This document shows, piece by piece, positions 49,001-63,334 of a stretch of DNA of 64,000 nucleotides (within the stretch, counting starts at the first letter, position 1; the number at the start of each line of letters is the position of its first letter). The DNA comes from Phallusia mammillata (Eukaryota), in contig OZ281501.1 of assembly GCA_965637545.1 (NCBI GenBank), positions 11,780,001 to 11,844,000 on the forward strand, in the 5' to 3' direction. The position numbers and the translations under genes are program-made. Under the pieces are notes generated by a model. It did no database searches and was not told the DNA's origin. It saw only the letters and a program-made list of their open reading frames with translations.

Positions 49001-49736
49001 AAAAGATATTGACAAGAAGAAAGCTTGGATCAACAACCGATTTTATAAAAGTCACAGACACCATATGGAGGTAAAAAAAACATAAATTTGATTTTGTAGC
49101 AAATAGACGCCATAAAAAAGTATATTTGTGTGTCATTTGGCATCAAAGGAATCCCTAATGATGGACTTAATTGTGTATATATTTTTTCCTTAGTTGCCGT
49201 GATTAATCATGTGTTTGTGGTAAACGATGGTACCTTGAAAACCCCTTTGCCTATTTTGCCTGGTGTTATTTCTTCAGGTTGATCACATCGAGTACATTGA
49301 CGAGTTAGCGGATGTTGTTGGATGTAAGCCCAATCTGCTCAAGCTTTTGTTTACCGATCCAAAGTTGGCGTACAAGGTGAAACGACTTTGACTAACATTG
49401 CATATTGTAGACTACATTTGTAACGCTGTTGCAAAGATTCAGTACATTAATAAAATATACAGTACATAAAATTATGTTTATAAAATAAAACCAAGCTGGT
49501 GTGTATTTAGTTACCACTTGATGCAGGTATTTTTCGAGATGTGCTCATCTTACCAGTATCGCTTGCATGGACCTAATGCTTGTTATCCTGAGGCACGAAA
49601 GCGAATTATGGCGCAATCGGAAAGCGCGCTGTATCCACTACGTAGCAGAGTTTCAACGGCAAAAAATCCTGGGTCCAACCTGATGCTTTATGCCTTGCTA
49701 GTAGCAATTTTTGCTTTGTTCTGCTTTATGTTGTAA
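40085..49736 (+). CDS. FMO-like: Flavin-containing monooxygenase (chordate FMO family), 12 exons
   Basis: Exons 40085-40193, 40355-40526, 42605-42688, 43546-43670, 44565-44707, 46957-47042, 47749-47875, 48006-48194, 48700-48850, 48967-49070, 49278-49376, 49527-49736. Motifs: GSGCCG (FAD), [16 protein letters not shown] (FMO signature), GLGNSG (NADPH), VIFSTGY, and a C-terminal hydrophobic anchor. Confidence 0.93.
40958..41218 (+). mobile_element. Penelope-like pseudo-LTR remnant with perfect hairpin and hammerhead motif
   Basis: Perfect 40-bp inverted repeat 40958-40997/41021-41060; 40995-41021 recurs inverted at 41192-41218 (1 mismatch); hammerhead core at 41133-41164 followed by AATAAA. 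Confidence 0.6.
41130..41167 (+). ncRNA. Penelope-type minimal hammerhead ribozyme motif
   Basis: Stem I tca/tga, CTGATGA, one extra T, stem II GGCA/TGCC, GAAAC, then GTT (palindrome AACGTT). Confidence 0.6.
41998..42212. mobile_element. hAT-type MITE in FMO intron 2
   Basis: TIR CAG(G/T)GGTTCTTAACCT; perfect TSD gtctagag. Confidence 0.9.
45209..45965. mobile_element. Nested hAT MITEs in FMO intron 5
   Basis: Inner element 45341-45694 has TIR CAG(G/T)GGTGGCCAAAC and perfect TSD tcctatat. Outer element ends taggggtacacaa / tgtgcacccctg with a partial TSD (atctaaag/atctataa). Confidence 0.75.
47517..47562 (-). ncRNA. Degenerate Penelope-type hammerhead motif (G12A)
   Basis: Minus strand reads cc CTGATGA a GACG-loop-CGTC AAAAC GTC gg AATAAA; the core GAAA is changed to AAAA. 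Confidence 0.45.
48214..48642. mobile_element. hAT-type MITE in FMO intron 8
   Basis: Ends tagagatttaccgaat / attcggtacatcacta; perfect TSD gtttttac; internal ccgaat/attcgg repeats; inserted 20 nt from the exon 8 donor. Confidence 0.85.
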
Positions 49737-50932
49737 ATGTCGTCTCCACTCATATATTGCAGATTAACAACAAATATTGCTGACTGTTTCTGCATGTCAT
49801 GCAATTTGAAATGTAATTGAAATACTCGTATTGTGTACCTGTAACAACATACCCGTACTTGGAGGGAAAGGTAAGGCAAGTAGAAGGCGTATACGCACAG
49901 ATCTGCAGGCAATCTGCATGTTTGGCTGTGGGGAAAGAAACAGGCCCTATAAGGCCTGCATAATTTTTGATTTATTCAGACTGGTGGACAAGCAAATATT
50001 TTAAATGCGATTTGTGTAAAAAAATGCTGACGGTTAGGGCTATAAGGGTTGGTCTGAGGTTTCATAATAATAGTAACAATTAAATCAACTTAAAAAAGTT
50101 CTTTATGTGAAATTTAGTCCCTAACCCTATCCCAGTCTCACTGTTATTTTAAATAACTGCGCTCTTTACGTCCTCTATCGTTATTTAGCAAACCTGATGT
50201 ACTGTGAGTTCTTACGTTAATACCATTCAGACCAGCATGATGGAGCCTCGAACCATTAGCAGATATGTAAGTCGAACTGGGCTTCATATATATGGGTCGG
50301 ACTCGGACCAGGTTTGGTTTTAGGTTTTGTCAAAGAAAAGGGCCTGATTCGGTGCCTGACTTCACACTCGGGGCTGGGTTTCGGCTATAGTACTTTCGAG
50401 TCCGGGCCAGGTTTATACCCAATTTTAGGCTCTTTAGAACTCTGACCAAAACACAGTTGAAGTTATAAACCAGTTAAAAGGAGCGTCTATTTAGTTTTAC
50501 CGCGAGGTCAACCAAACAACGACCATCGACGCAGATTTGTCTAGTGACGTTTCGTACTGGTTTAATAAAACATATATGGAACAGTTTGCAGCATTTATTT
50601 GTTGGACATAGGCTATATGGCATTGACGCTGCTGATTGCTATGCATTATTTAGAATAATTATTCTAGTTTTTCGTCCTTCCCAACATGGGAAGCACATTT
50701 TTAAAGCGGGCTTAATTGTATTTTTTTAGAGAAATCGCTGTCCTGGCGTAATTACCAAGAATTAACTATTGAAAGATTTGGTCAAACCATTACATTTACG
50801 GTACAAAGTACTGCATGTTACGTTGTCGAATGACAAAAAATGCTTCGATCGTCTGAAACATTTTTTTACGACGCAATTGGACATACATGTGTTAAAGGGG
50901 TCACATTTTCCCCTAATTAGGATGCATTAAGA

Positions 50933-51381
50933 CAGTGGTTCTCAAACTTTTTCATATTTTTTTCAAAACGGTCCCTTTGCCATTATTTCGAGGGCTCGCG
51001 GTCCTTAAGCTCAAACTTGTATTTCATAAAAACGAAAGTTTATTGCAGGCTAGTTACGCAAAATGGCGCATAATAATCATCCAAAGACAGCTTGTGACAT
51101 CACAGACAAGACAAAAAAAAGCATTACGGTTGTGCGCGTTTGCATTTTTACGGTTGTGCGCGTTTTGCAACAGTTGCATTTTTGATAGTTGCATTCAATA
51201 AAGGCTATTGTTTAGCAATGGAGACAGTCGATTCTCAATTCTACTTTGATTTAAACTTATTTAGAGGCACAAACTGACGCCAAATAAGATTGTAGAATTA
51301 CTTAAACCGCTTCGCGGTCCCCCCAAAAATGCATCACGGACCCCCCCTAAAGGACCGCGGACCCCAGTTTGAGAAACGCTG
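50933..51381. mobile_element. hAT-type MITE
   Basis: Ends cagtggttctcaaact / agtttgagaaacgctg; perfect TSD cattaaga; same family as 15650-16034. Confidence 0.9.
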
Positions 51382-53211
51382 CATTAAGAAAAGTGACACA
51401 CGTTTTCGAAACAATGTTCACTCATTTTAAAACACATAGTGTGCGAATTTATTTCCATACGACTCATACTGCAAATTCAGTTTTTAATATTTCGATTAAG
51501 TTCGAAACTTTGACAGGGGCAAAGACACAAAAATTTTTTAAACGCTATTTTAAACATCTATCATTTGTAGTTTACGCATCACAACCGCCATTAAGATAGG
51601 CCCACCGTAAGTCCTCTTGTTGGAGGACATGTCCTCCTTTTTAACAAAAAACAAGTTATTCTCCGAGGACAAGAAAAAGTGCCCAAATGTCCTCCTTTTG
51701 AAAGAATTTCTGATTTACCAAATACAAATGTGACAATTATGCTTTGAAAACAGTCAAATATAGGCTATATCTTCAGCTTATTTTTGAAAGAATAATGATG
51801 GATTTTAAATTTTTTGAAAATCAAGCTTATTTTAGTGCTGTGAAGTGCTAAACGTAAAACTTTATCCAAACTATTCTATAGGCTACCGTCTAATTTCTGA
51901 GGCTTTTATTTTTTGGGGGCCCTTAAAGTAGTTTTTCATGTTCTTTTGACGAATGTGTCCTCATTTTGGGGGATGGAAATATGGTAGCTACCTCCTACAT
52001 TGTACTTTAATCAAAGTCACAAACCTACTGCAATAAAGAGAAAATGGAAGTGTAATGGACTTGAAATTAATATATTTTTTGAAAGAGAACCAACGATATA
52101 GTTTTGGCCTCATCAAACTTTCTGTTAATCATCGTGTACCGTGACGAAATTTCTTCCAATATCATTAGATCGTTTGTTTTCTTTTGTTGAGATGTTTACC
52201 GGTAAAAACTAGGGACAATTTTAGTCAAACTCAAACACGAGATTGGGTATTTTATAATTACTTGCGTTAATTAGGCCATATACCATTGAAACAAAAGTTC
52301 GGGATAGTTTGACGGGACAATCTGTTTGATTTTGACGTGTAGAATAATGTGAAACAGCATACAAGTAACCTAACGTATTTAACAAACAACAGTTTCAGTA
52401 GTGGATCAAAACCATCAACGGCTGGGCTTTTGAAAAAGTATTTTTTTCCATTGCGTTGTTTTATTGTATTATCTTTGGTAAATAAACGGTTACAATTATT
52501 TTGTAATATTTGCAAACTCGCATTGCGCGACCCATTGGACGCGTAAAAGTGCAAGCTCGTGCATGACGATGACGCAGTAGCACAAGTTGACGAATGACGA
52601 TATTATTATCGTGGCAAAGCGGTTTAGTCGTTTATTTAACCGCGAGTGGCTACTGCTTTTAGAAGTACAGTTTAGCTGTAAACGTATGCGATAGCCATAT
52701 GTTGACAAACACTAAGGCACGTTACAAAGTATTTGTTAGTTTTACTTTGTTACCGTGTTATAAAAAGCGCTTCTTAAGTAAGCTATGAACTTCGGCAACC
52801 GCAGACCTGCCTCCAAAATAATTAATTTGTTACTTTTCACGTGATGCTACTGTGCAGTTGATTGGTTCTGTTTTACAATTTTTTGTTTGTCTGAAAGAAA
52901 CGAAGAAATGGTGTCAAAAGCTTAAATAGGCCGTCTCGCAAACGACCGAACGGCAGATGAGACTAACAGTTTGTGGTTTGGTAGCCTTCTTTTTCACCAT
53001 GTCTCTGCATTCGATAGGAAACCGTCTCTGTAATATGTTATTGGTGCTATGTCCAGTCATTTGTTTGTTGTTACAGTCGATTGTCAAGCCATGCAACTAA
53101 GGTTTTGTTAGAAAAGTAATCTTGTAAATGTTTTATTCAATAACATATTATAGAGATTTATTCACTGGACTTTTGTTTGTTCTTACAGTAACTTATTAAT
53201 TCCTACGTAGG

Positions 53212-55164
<1,953 letters not shown>

Positions 55165-56327
55165 CACAATTATTAACATTTCCAAACACTATCAGCATTA
55201 CCGTTTATATATTTTATTTAGATAATAGATACTCATGTATTTGTAGTTTTGCAATCAGTTACATTTATTTTTAGACATTGTATGCTTTAGTAGTGATTGG
55301 AAAAAAACGTTCTTGAAATACAATACTACGCAAAATTTTGGTAGACTGTTGCAGTTTTGCTGGATTCATTTTTATTTTTTGTTTGTTTTCACTTGAAACC
55401 CATGCTTTGAGTAGTACATGTGCAATTTTAGCCATAAATTTAATGTTTTTCAAAAGGCTGCACTGTATATTTAATATTAAAGATATGTTAAGCGTGTATT
55501 GCACTTATTGTATTAGTTGCAGAACTTGATGTTGTACCTTTTCCACTATTGGCTTCAATTAATCATTTATTTTACAAAGTGTTCCAGTTGTATTCCAGCA
55601 AAAATTTTGCCTCAAATTAAATATTTGATACGCCAGTGATCCGCTTAGGAGAAGAGCACGCCCATGTTTGCCAAGGGCGGGTTTTGCTTCAGGCTTTTTC
55701 ACAATCACCTTCTAATAGTTGATCTGTTTACAATTTCGTTTGATGTGGAATGTTCAATAAAACTTGTTTCTTGCTTGCTGGCCCAAACTACATTTACACA
55801 TATTAATCTGCCTCGTATTTATTGTACTCTTGGTTATATTTATTTCGCCAACGCTTAAACGTTTGTGCCAAAAGCAAAGGTATTTTGCCATATGCCGCAA
55901 ATGTTTCAAGTTTGCTGTTATACCCATGTGTTTAAATGTAGCAGCTTTGAATGATCTAATTTCCTTACAATACAATCAATTTTGAAGGGCTGTCTGGTTT
56001 GAAACTTGGTGACAGTGTGTACGCAAGTTTGATATATTCCTACTTAACATTTCGAGACTTGAACAGGTTCAATATATTTGCATTATCGTCAGAATAAATA
56101 CCAGTCAAAAAGAAATAAAGGCTTGCTTAGAGAAATTCTTTTTTGGTAAAAATAACAGTGACGTACACCAGGAGCTTTTATTGTGTATGAAGGTCGTGGC
56201 TAAAAGCGATCAAATATCCTCACGTCATTGCGTGACACAAGCACCCAGCACAGAAATCCCGGGGAAATCACCTCGGTGAAAATCCAGCAAACCAGCACCC
56301 GAAGCATTTAAACCAGGACTAGCAGTT

Positions 56328-57021
56328 ATGCTTGTTGGCTTTTGTTTTGGGCTGCATGCTGTAAGGTAATTCGTGATGTAGCAAGAATATTACAAGCATT
56401 ATGACGTCTTGGGTAAGTCAAAAAAACTTGCATTCATATTTTGATTTTGATATGTTAATAGCAGCTCAAAGAGTTTTTTTAAAGTATTTTAAGCGAACGG
56501 ACAGAGCGCGTACTTAGAGTGTTTTGTGGTAATTGCTTAATTTTGGCATTTATACGCAGCTTTTAAAAAAACTGGGAAGGTTCATTGACAACAGAAATGA
56601 CGGACACGTTGCTGAAAACGCGGTCAAATATGTGTGCGAGAGGCTAAACATTGATCCAAAAGCTGAAGAACCACCGAATGATCCACAAAAACAACACGTA
56701 TTGTTGGACTTTGTCAAAAATATGGTTGTTGTTGGAGGAGTTGCGTATGTTGCCACACAAGCATTTCCAGGTGTTGCAATTGCTAGCCTAACATACTGGT
56801 TAGTAAACCACGTAGGTGAAGCATATGAAGAAATAAGCACCCTCACTCACGACGTTGACACCAGCGACAGTGAAAGTGAATACTATTCATGTAAGTCTAG
56901 CCTGGTCGACGAAACTGAAGTTCTTGAAGATCCATTACTACAAAATCAACCAACACCCACATGGTACGACAGAATTAAGGTCATGGCTGGTTGTTTGCTT
57001 GTGTTGCTTACCATGGCTTAA
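56328..57021 (+). CDS. Orphan protein with a central hydrophobic stretch and a C-terminal hydrophobic tail
   Basis: Open frame 56533-57021 with a phase-0 acceptor at 56559/56560. A candidate first exon 56328-56360 (MLVGFCFGLHA, donor gtaagg) is tentative. Confidence 0.5.
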
Positions 57022-59513
57022 AAACAGGCCTGAGTTGGATTCAAACAACTTTTGTTGATCCGTCGTTAGACGCGATAAACGCTTGCGGTCGCGGAGTTAA
57101 AAAAGCATGGGGAGCAGCGAAAAAAACATGGGGCTTTATAAAACTGGGATTCTGTTTTGCTCAGGCGTGAACAGGTTCAAGATGAACTGTGGCGCTTTTA
57201 TTGTAAGTGGATGCATGTCAGCCTATAGTACCTAATTCTTTTGATTTTCACTTTGTTTACCTCTTTTGTTTGAGCTTTAAATAATCTGATTATATACATC
57301 GCGTGACTTTTGCGGTTGGTGCAATGAAATGTGCGGTGCGAGATAGTTTGGTTGTTCTGATCCGTGGGTTGCGTGAGTGGCATTCTAACCAGGTGCTGCC
57401 TGTTGACTATTCGATCAAGAACATACCAAAACTGTCTCGTTGCATTAGAGTTCACTGGTGCCGTAGCGATCTTTTGATGCGATGTGTATGTTATTTGGTT
57501 GGTTTACTCTCCAGAATATGGACATATCATATTTCGTTTATTTAGTTGTGTATTATTTTGTAGGTTTTATTGATACAAACCTCATCAAAATCAACATCAT
57601 TCCAACATGTGCTATTTGCCGTAATGTTTATATGAAGTCGTGTATTCTTTGAACTTTTGCGTTTCGGTTTGTGGATGTATATCAATTATACTGATCGCAA
57701 GCCCTGCTTATGAACATGATTTTCGTTGGATTTGCTTGTCGCATTTCGGTGCCTGTCATCACTTTTAACAAACAAATAATGAAATAAAACGCTTTAAAGT
57801 AGTTTTTAGGCTCGTCTACCCAACACAATGCACACGAATCAAATAAAACAAATAAGTCCTTTAAAAGAGTGGTTATTAGTGCAACCGCTTAGTGCTTTTA
57901 AGGTTGTAAACATAGCTGTCTCGTTTACTTGTGTCCAATCTAGAGTAACCTGAAGGGTTCAACAAAATTAAAGTCAAATGTCTTATTTCAACAAAATTGC
58001 GACTGTGAACCCGTTGTGAGCAGAACGCATTCAGGCGTAGCGCGTTTGCCGGACATAAAAATTAGAAACATCTAAAGTTTAGATTCTAAACAAACAAAAT
58101 TGGAAATTGTGATGGCGAGGTGATCAGGTGAATACATTCAATCAAACATGGACAAATGCGTCACAGTGAAGAGCTAAAGAAAAACAACAACAACAATCCG
58201 CTAGGTTTGTTTTCGAACAAGGATTTTGCGAATACTCTTGAAAGTCTACAACCATGCATTATTAAAATAGACAAACTTTATCTACTACAAGGAAGGGGTC
58301 AAACTATTTTCACAGAAGACCAGACAATTTTAAGAATGGCACGCGAGGGTCAAATAGATTCCTAGCCCAAACGCAGCCGTTCTAAAACTGTGGTCCGTGA
58401 AGCTTGGGCGCACTACAATTTTATTTGGGGTCAGATATTAGCTGAGAAATTAAGCTCAGAAATTAAATCGTTGGAATTACAAAAACAAAATTATTGATTT
58501 TTTACCAATCATTTTAAAAAATAGGAAAATGTTCTGTGGCCTGTATAAAGTAATGTATTATTATTATTTTGTTGTTGTTAAGTAATGTATTATGTAGACC
58601 AGGGTTCTTCGACGGGGGCGATACTGACAATTTTGTAGTTTGGGGGGCGATTTTACTTCCCAGGGGGGCGATTTCAAAATTACTGATTCTATAAAAATAT
58701 ACAATAATTGTAAGACTAGGCTGACTTACAAGCAAGTTTTATTTGTCTTGGAAACAAACACCATGCACACATGGCGTATGAGCTTTTGCTGCTATTTGAA
58801 TATATAGCATTTGGTGATTTGTTTGTACTTTTTGCGATCTCGAGAGCAAGGTTGGGCTGTTTATTTGGCCACAGGGGACGCTTTGTTAAGGCTATGTATG
58901 GTGACCAGATATACACCTTTTAATATAATGGTAAAGATCTTTCCTTCAAACTTGTTTCACTTTTACACTTTCTATAGGCCTACTAGCGCTTCAAAAACTG
59001 TGAAGTAATTTAATATGATAAATCTAGAAGTGTAAGTTAATAAAGTGGAATGTACAGGTTTCTCTTCTACCGAGTAGTGCCCCATTGTTTTCAATCAAAA
59101 TAACAAAAACGGCTATTGTTTGCGCATAATTGTATCATCTAGTCTTATCTATGACGTCACAAACTTTGCTTGAATTCGTTAGAATTGCATGAAATTGACT
59201 CAGTGTTGTTTTAGCAATTAAATTGTGTTTTAACTGTTAACATAAGTATTCGTGGTGCAAGAACTTTAATAAAAAATAACAATGTAATGGGGGGCGATTT
59301 TAAGCCAGTGTCCTAGCAAGGGGGCGATTGTGCTGAAAAGGTTGAAGACCACGTAACCCTGTTTACATGAGCGAATCGAATCGCAAAGTTAATGCGCATT
59401 GTGTGACGTCACGCGTTCAATTCGCCGAAGCGTAAAATTACATGGCTTCCGAAGCGAATCGCATTGAAGGTTTTCAGAGTCGCGCGAAAAGAGTTGGTGA
59501 TCATTGCAAAGTT

Positions 59514-61149
59514 ATGGACAAGCGTAAATTACCAATTTTTTTAGTTTTTAAGTATATCTGGGATTGTTTGTGTATGTTTCTGTATTGTGAGCAAGAAGAC
59601 AAGCAAAAAAAGTTTCAATATCTGTGCAGCAGTTGCTTGAGTTTGAAATTTAAAGTTGATAGGCGAACTGGTCGAGTGTGGATGTACCAAAGGTAAGAAC
59701 TACCGTATTAATTAAACATAAATTTTTGGTTCTAACATAGAGAAACCATACATTAATTGTGCAGGAGTGGAAATTATTGGGAATCAGATGTCCAGTTGTA
59801 CAATGATGGACAATGGATTGAAAACTTTAGGATGAGAAAATCAACATTCATGAGGTTGCTGGAATTATTGTGTCATGACATAAAACCAGGTTTGTTTCTC
59901 TTACTTAAACAAAACACATCTTTCTGATTATTTTAATTGGTTTACCTTTAGATGATATTACTGTACGGGAAGCAATAAGTGCTGAAAAACGAATGGCAAT
60001 TGCCATCTACAAACTTGCCTCATCCGCGGAATATCGAACAGTTGCTCACAACTTTGGTGTGAGCAAGTCTTCTGTTTACAATTGCCTAAAAAGGTTGGAA
60101 TAAGTTTGAACTTGTATGCAATGCAAAGGGTGAAAGAATTTAATGCGTTGAAAATTTGCAGATTTTGCATGGCTATAAACAACAAGCTAGCGATGTTTAT
60201 CAAGATGCCAACTGAAAATGAAGCTAAGGAAATAGCAGAAAGAATAAAAAACAACCAACATTTTCCACAGGTATGTAAGACTAATTTCTAGTTAAAGAGA
60301 GAATACAACAAATATCTATGTGTTTTAGGTATATGGTTGCATTGATGGGAGCCACATTCCTATCACAGCACCAACTGATGGCAAAAAAGATTATACAAAT
60401 AGAAAGGGTTGGGATTCCATGATTTTGCAGGCAGTTGTTGATGATAACTATATGTAAGTAAACTCTAAAACCGATATGGAACAGAAAATATTTTCCCATC
60501 ATGTATGAAAACTTGAAGTGACTGTTTTTATTTTTTATTTTTAGGTTCCGTGACATCAACATTGTAATGCCTGGTAGCGTCCATGATGCCACTGTTTTTA
60601 AAAATTCTGGTTTGTTCAAATTTGCTGATCGGTTACCTAGGGTATGTTTATTGCCCAGTTACGGCTAGTTCTTTTGTCATGTGTCTAAAACAGCTTCTTT
60701 TTAAAGGCTCCAATTACACTTAATGGGGTTGAAGTCCCACTGCTGATTCTTGGAGATCCAGCATATCCAATGCTGCCATGGCTAATCAAACCTTTTATTG
60801 GTTTCAATTTGTCACCATCTAAGGAATCTTTCAACTGTTACCATAGTTCGGTTCGAATTTGTGTTGAAAACTCCTTTGGAAGGCTTAAGGCCAGATGGCG
60901 CATTCTTGGAAAAAAAGTAGATGCTTCGGTTGAACTGGCTCCATACATTATCTCAGCTTGTTGTGCACTTCACAATATTTGTGAACAAGAGCACACTACT
61001 ATTGAGTGTTCTGAACTGATCCAAATCTTGCACAACCATACACACGGCCACTTGAGGTTGACCCTACCAGTGCTGGAGCCCTAGTTCGTCAGGCCATAGA
61101 GGAACATTTGTTTCAAACCCAACCCTTACGACGGTCTCAAAGATTTTAA
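59514..61149 (+). CDS. Harbinger/HARBI1-type DDE transposase, 7 exons, 1-nt frameshift near the C-terminus
   Basis: Exons 59514-59692, 59765-59889, 59952-60093, 60162-60270, 60329-60453, 60545-60641, 60707-end. Motifs: WIENFRMRKSTF, FGVSKSSV, GCIDGSHIP, PGSVHDA, GDPAYP, VENSFGRLKARWRIL, CCALHNIC. As written the frame stops at 61084; a shift at ~61016 restores ...GALVRQAIEEHLF...F* (61149). Confidence 0.88.
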
Positions 61150-61376
61150 ATCAAATCAGTTGTGTGTGTGTTTGTTCACAATGGTATTTATTTTTGCATG
61201 AAAAAATACAAAAAACAAACACTAAATATACAAATGTGCACAGTAGTACAGAACAAAATTGCAGAAGTACAGTGTTTTAAAAATAATCAAGTGAAATGAA
61301 GGTACAGAAGGTATGAAGGAAAGGTATTAAAGAAATAAGTCTACATATAAAAAAACAGTCATAATCAGTAAACACA

Positions 61377-61571
61377 CTATTTGTCTGTTTTCGAGGGGTC
61401 AGCGAGTTGCACCACAACAGCAGGCTGCTGCGAAATTTGATTGATGCCCTTAATAAAAGCATCAGTCATCTTAGTCATTATTTTATCACGACTTTTTCGG
61501 TCTTCTTGCTCCTCAATAAGCTGTAGAAGCAGAGTTGTATTTTCTTTATTCCAAAGATTTTTTCCTGACAT
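61377..61571 (-). pseudogene. Harbinger accessory Myb/SANT-like gene, apparently internally deleted
   Basis: The N-terminus LWNKENTTLLLQLIEE fits the first helix of Myb/SANT-like domains, but the ORF is only 64 aa; convergent with the transposase. Confidence 0.55.
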
Positions 61572-62599
61572 GATTTATTATTGCTATCACCTTGAGTATA
61601 AACCACAAATGTTTAGCAAACTTTTTTATCAAAGAGATGCAACAACAGCAAACACAGTTTTTATTCACAGACTTGTTAGTTTGCTTACGTTTGGCCCACC
61701 AGCACAAAGGGCAGTATCAACACCATTAAATCGAAAACGTTGGGTGCAAATGTACAGCACGACAAAACAGCAGCGGGATACCAAAGTTAATAACGCGCGC
61801 ACGACAGACTCCCAGAAATGGGGGATGAAAAGTTGACAGTTAATTAAACTAATTAACTGCGTTATCTCGCGTCGTTGGAAGCAAGGTTTCATACAAAAAG
61901 ACTTGTCTTTATTGCGATTAACAACGTGCTACCATGAATTAGTAGGTCATCTGTAGTTTCCTGGGTGTCTTTTCTGCTTACATATAACTTCTTGAATCCC
62001 GCTGCTACACTAAATTGTTACTTAAATCACAAGTTATTTAACTAAAGTAGATCATTTTATGTAATTTTACAACAACTCGGACTAAAAACTTAACTAAACT
62101 TGCAACCTAGGCGGATAAGTAACAACTGAAAGTATCCAAGTTGATTTGTGCAAAAATTTGACAAATCAGCATCATTTGACAAACTGTTCACAAAAAGTTC
62201 CTGTAAGCGTATTCGCGCCGTAAGCGTGTTCAAACCACCTGTTTCAGGCGTATTGGCAATCGGAGATCTCCAATACGCTTTGCCTTTTTCCTTTTTCGGA
62301 AACGAGAGAAATGCGTATCGATTAAGCGTGTTGAATACGCTTAAACGCTCCATGTAAACTGATGTAGAAATAAGCGCTTACCAAAGCCCTGTTGTACCGT
62401 ATTTGATTTTTGTCAAGAATCGTCGCATTTCAGTTTCGGGAAATCCCCAAATACAAGTTTTCAGCTTTGCCTGCAAGTTGCAACAATTATTGTGTTTCAA
62501 AGCGCTTTAACAATTGGTTAAGTAACGCAGTACCAGCGTGTTACATGTCACTAACATACAATAAATGTTTTGTACTGTTTTCAGGGTGTCTTATAACAA

Positions 62600-63334
62600 A
62601 TGAAGTCCCCCAAAAGAATTTGCATTATCGGAGGTGGTGCAAGTGGACTTACTGCCATAAAATGTTGTTTGGATGAATGTTTAATTCCTGTTTGCTATGA
62701 AAGATCTGGCGATATTGGGGGTAAGTCTTGGTGGCAATGAAAAGTATTTAAAATGTGTCTTTAGGAACTAATCATTTGCCTCTGTGCTTTTTTAAATGGT
62801 TAGTTTACTTTATCACAATAGTCTTGATATCATATTACCCCTATGGTGGTTCATTACATTTACACAAACAAGAACTGAGTGTTAGCTTGGATAAATTTGT
62901 TAAGTGTATAAAAGTGCTTCAAAATTGCATAGGTTTGTGGAGATACACAGAGGAAAAGACTGTTGGTGCTTGTGTCTACAAATCAACCATTATTAACACT
63001 AGTAAAGAAATGATGTGTTTCTCAGACTTTCCAATTCCTGAGCACTTTCCAAACTTTATGCACAACACAAAAATTGTGGAGTATTTTAGGATGTATGCAA
63101 ACAAGTTGAGTGATATATATATTTACTGTTTATTTTTGTGGTATCACATGTTTTTGTGGCTTATCTGTTTGCAATGCTATCATAAACTTTTGTTCATGCT
63201 CCTAATGGTGCATGCTACAGTATATCAATATCAACCTATATGTTAAACAGGTTTGGATTAGATAAGCACATTCAATTTAAAACTGAAGTTGTATCATGTG
63301 AGTTTGCGAGGGATTATCATGAAACTGGAAGATG
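62600..63334 (+). CDS. FMO-like: Second flavin-containing monooxygenase (5' part; gene continues beyond the window)
   Basis: Exons 62600-62720 (ICIIGGGASG), 62933-63104 (GLWRY...INTSKEMMCFSDFP) and 63251-63334 (FGLDKHIQFKTEV...TGRW). Intron positions and phases match the first FMO. Confidence 0.92.

Larger units (their letters stand above)
59353..62359. mobile_element. PIF/Harbinger DNA transposon, probably non-autonomous
   Basis: Terminal cores GTTTACATG (59361-59369) and CATGTAAAC (62351-62359); convergent transposase and Myb/SANT-like genes. Confidence 0.85.
58600..62361. mobile_element. hAT-type MITE whose right TIR is interrupted by the Harbinger element
   Basis: Starts cagggttcttc after atgtagac; body runs to ggttgaagaccac (59352); the missing terminal tg and TSD-like atgtagaa reappear at 62360-62369. 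Confidence 0.7.

Noticed and set aside
50119-50133. ccctaaccct telomere-like motif (inverse related copy at ~44350)
   Set aside because: There are only one to two units, embedded in an interspersed repeat; this is not a telomeric array.
59442-59513. Upstream in-frame ATG for the transposase
   Set aside because: It lies within the subterminal region of the element and cannot be distinguished from ATG 59514 without transcript data; the shorter start was used.
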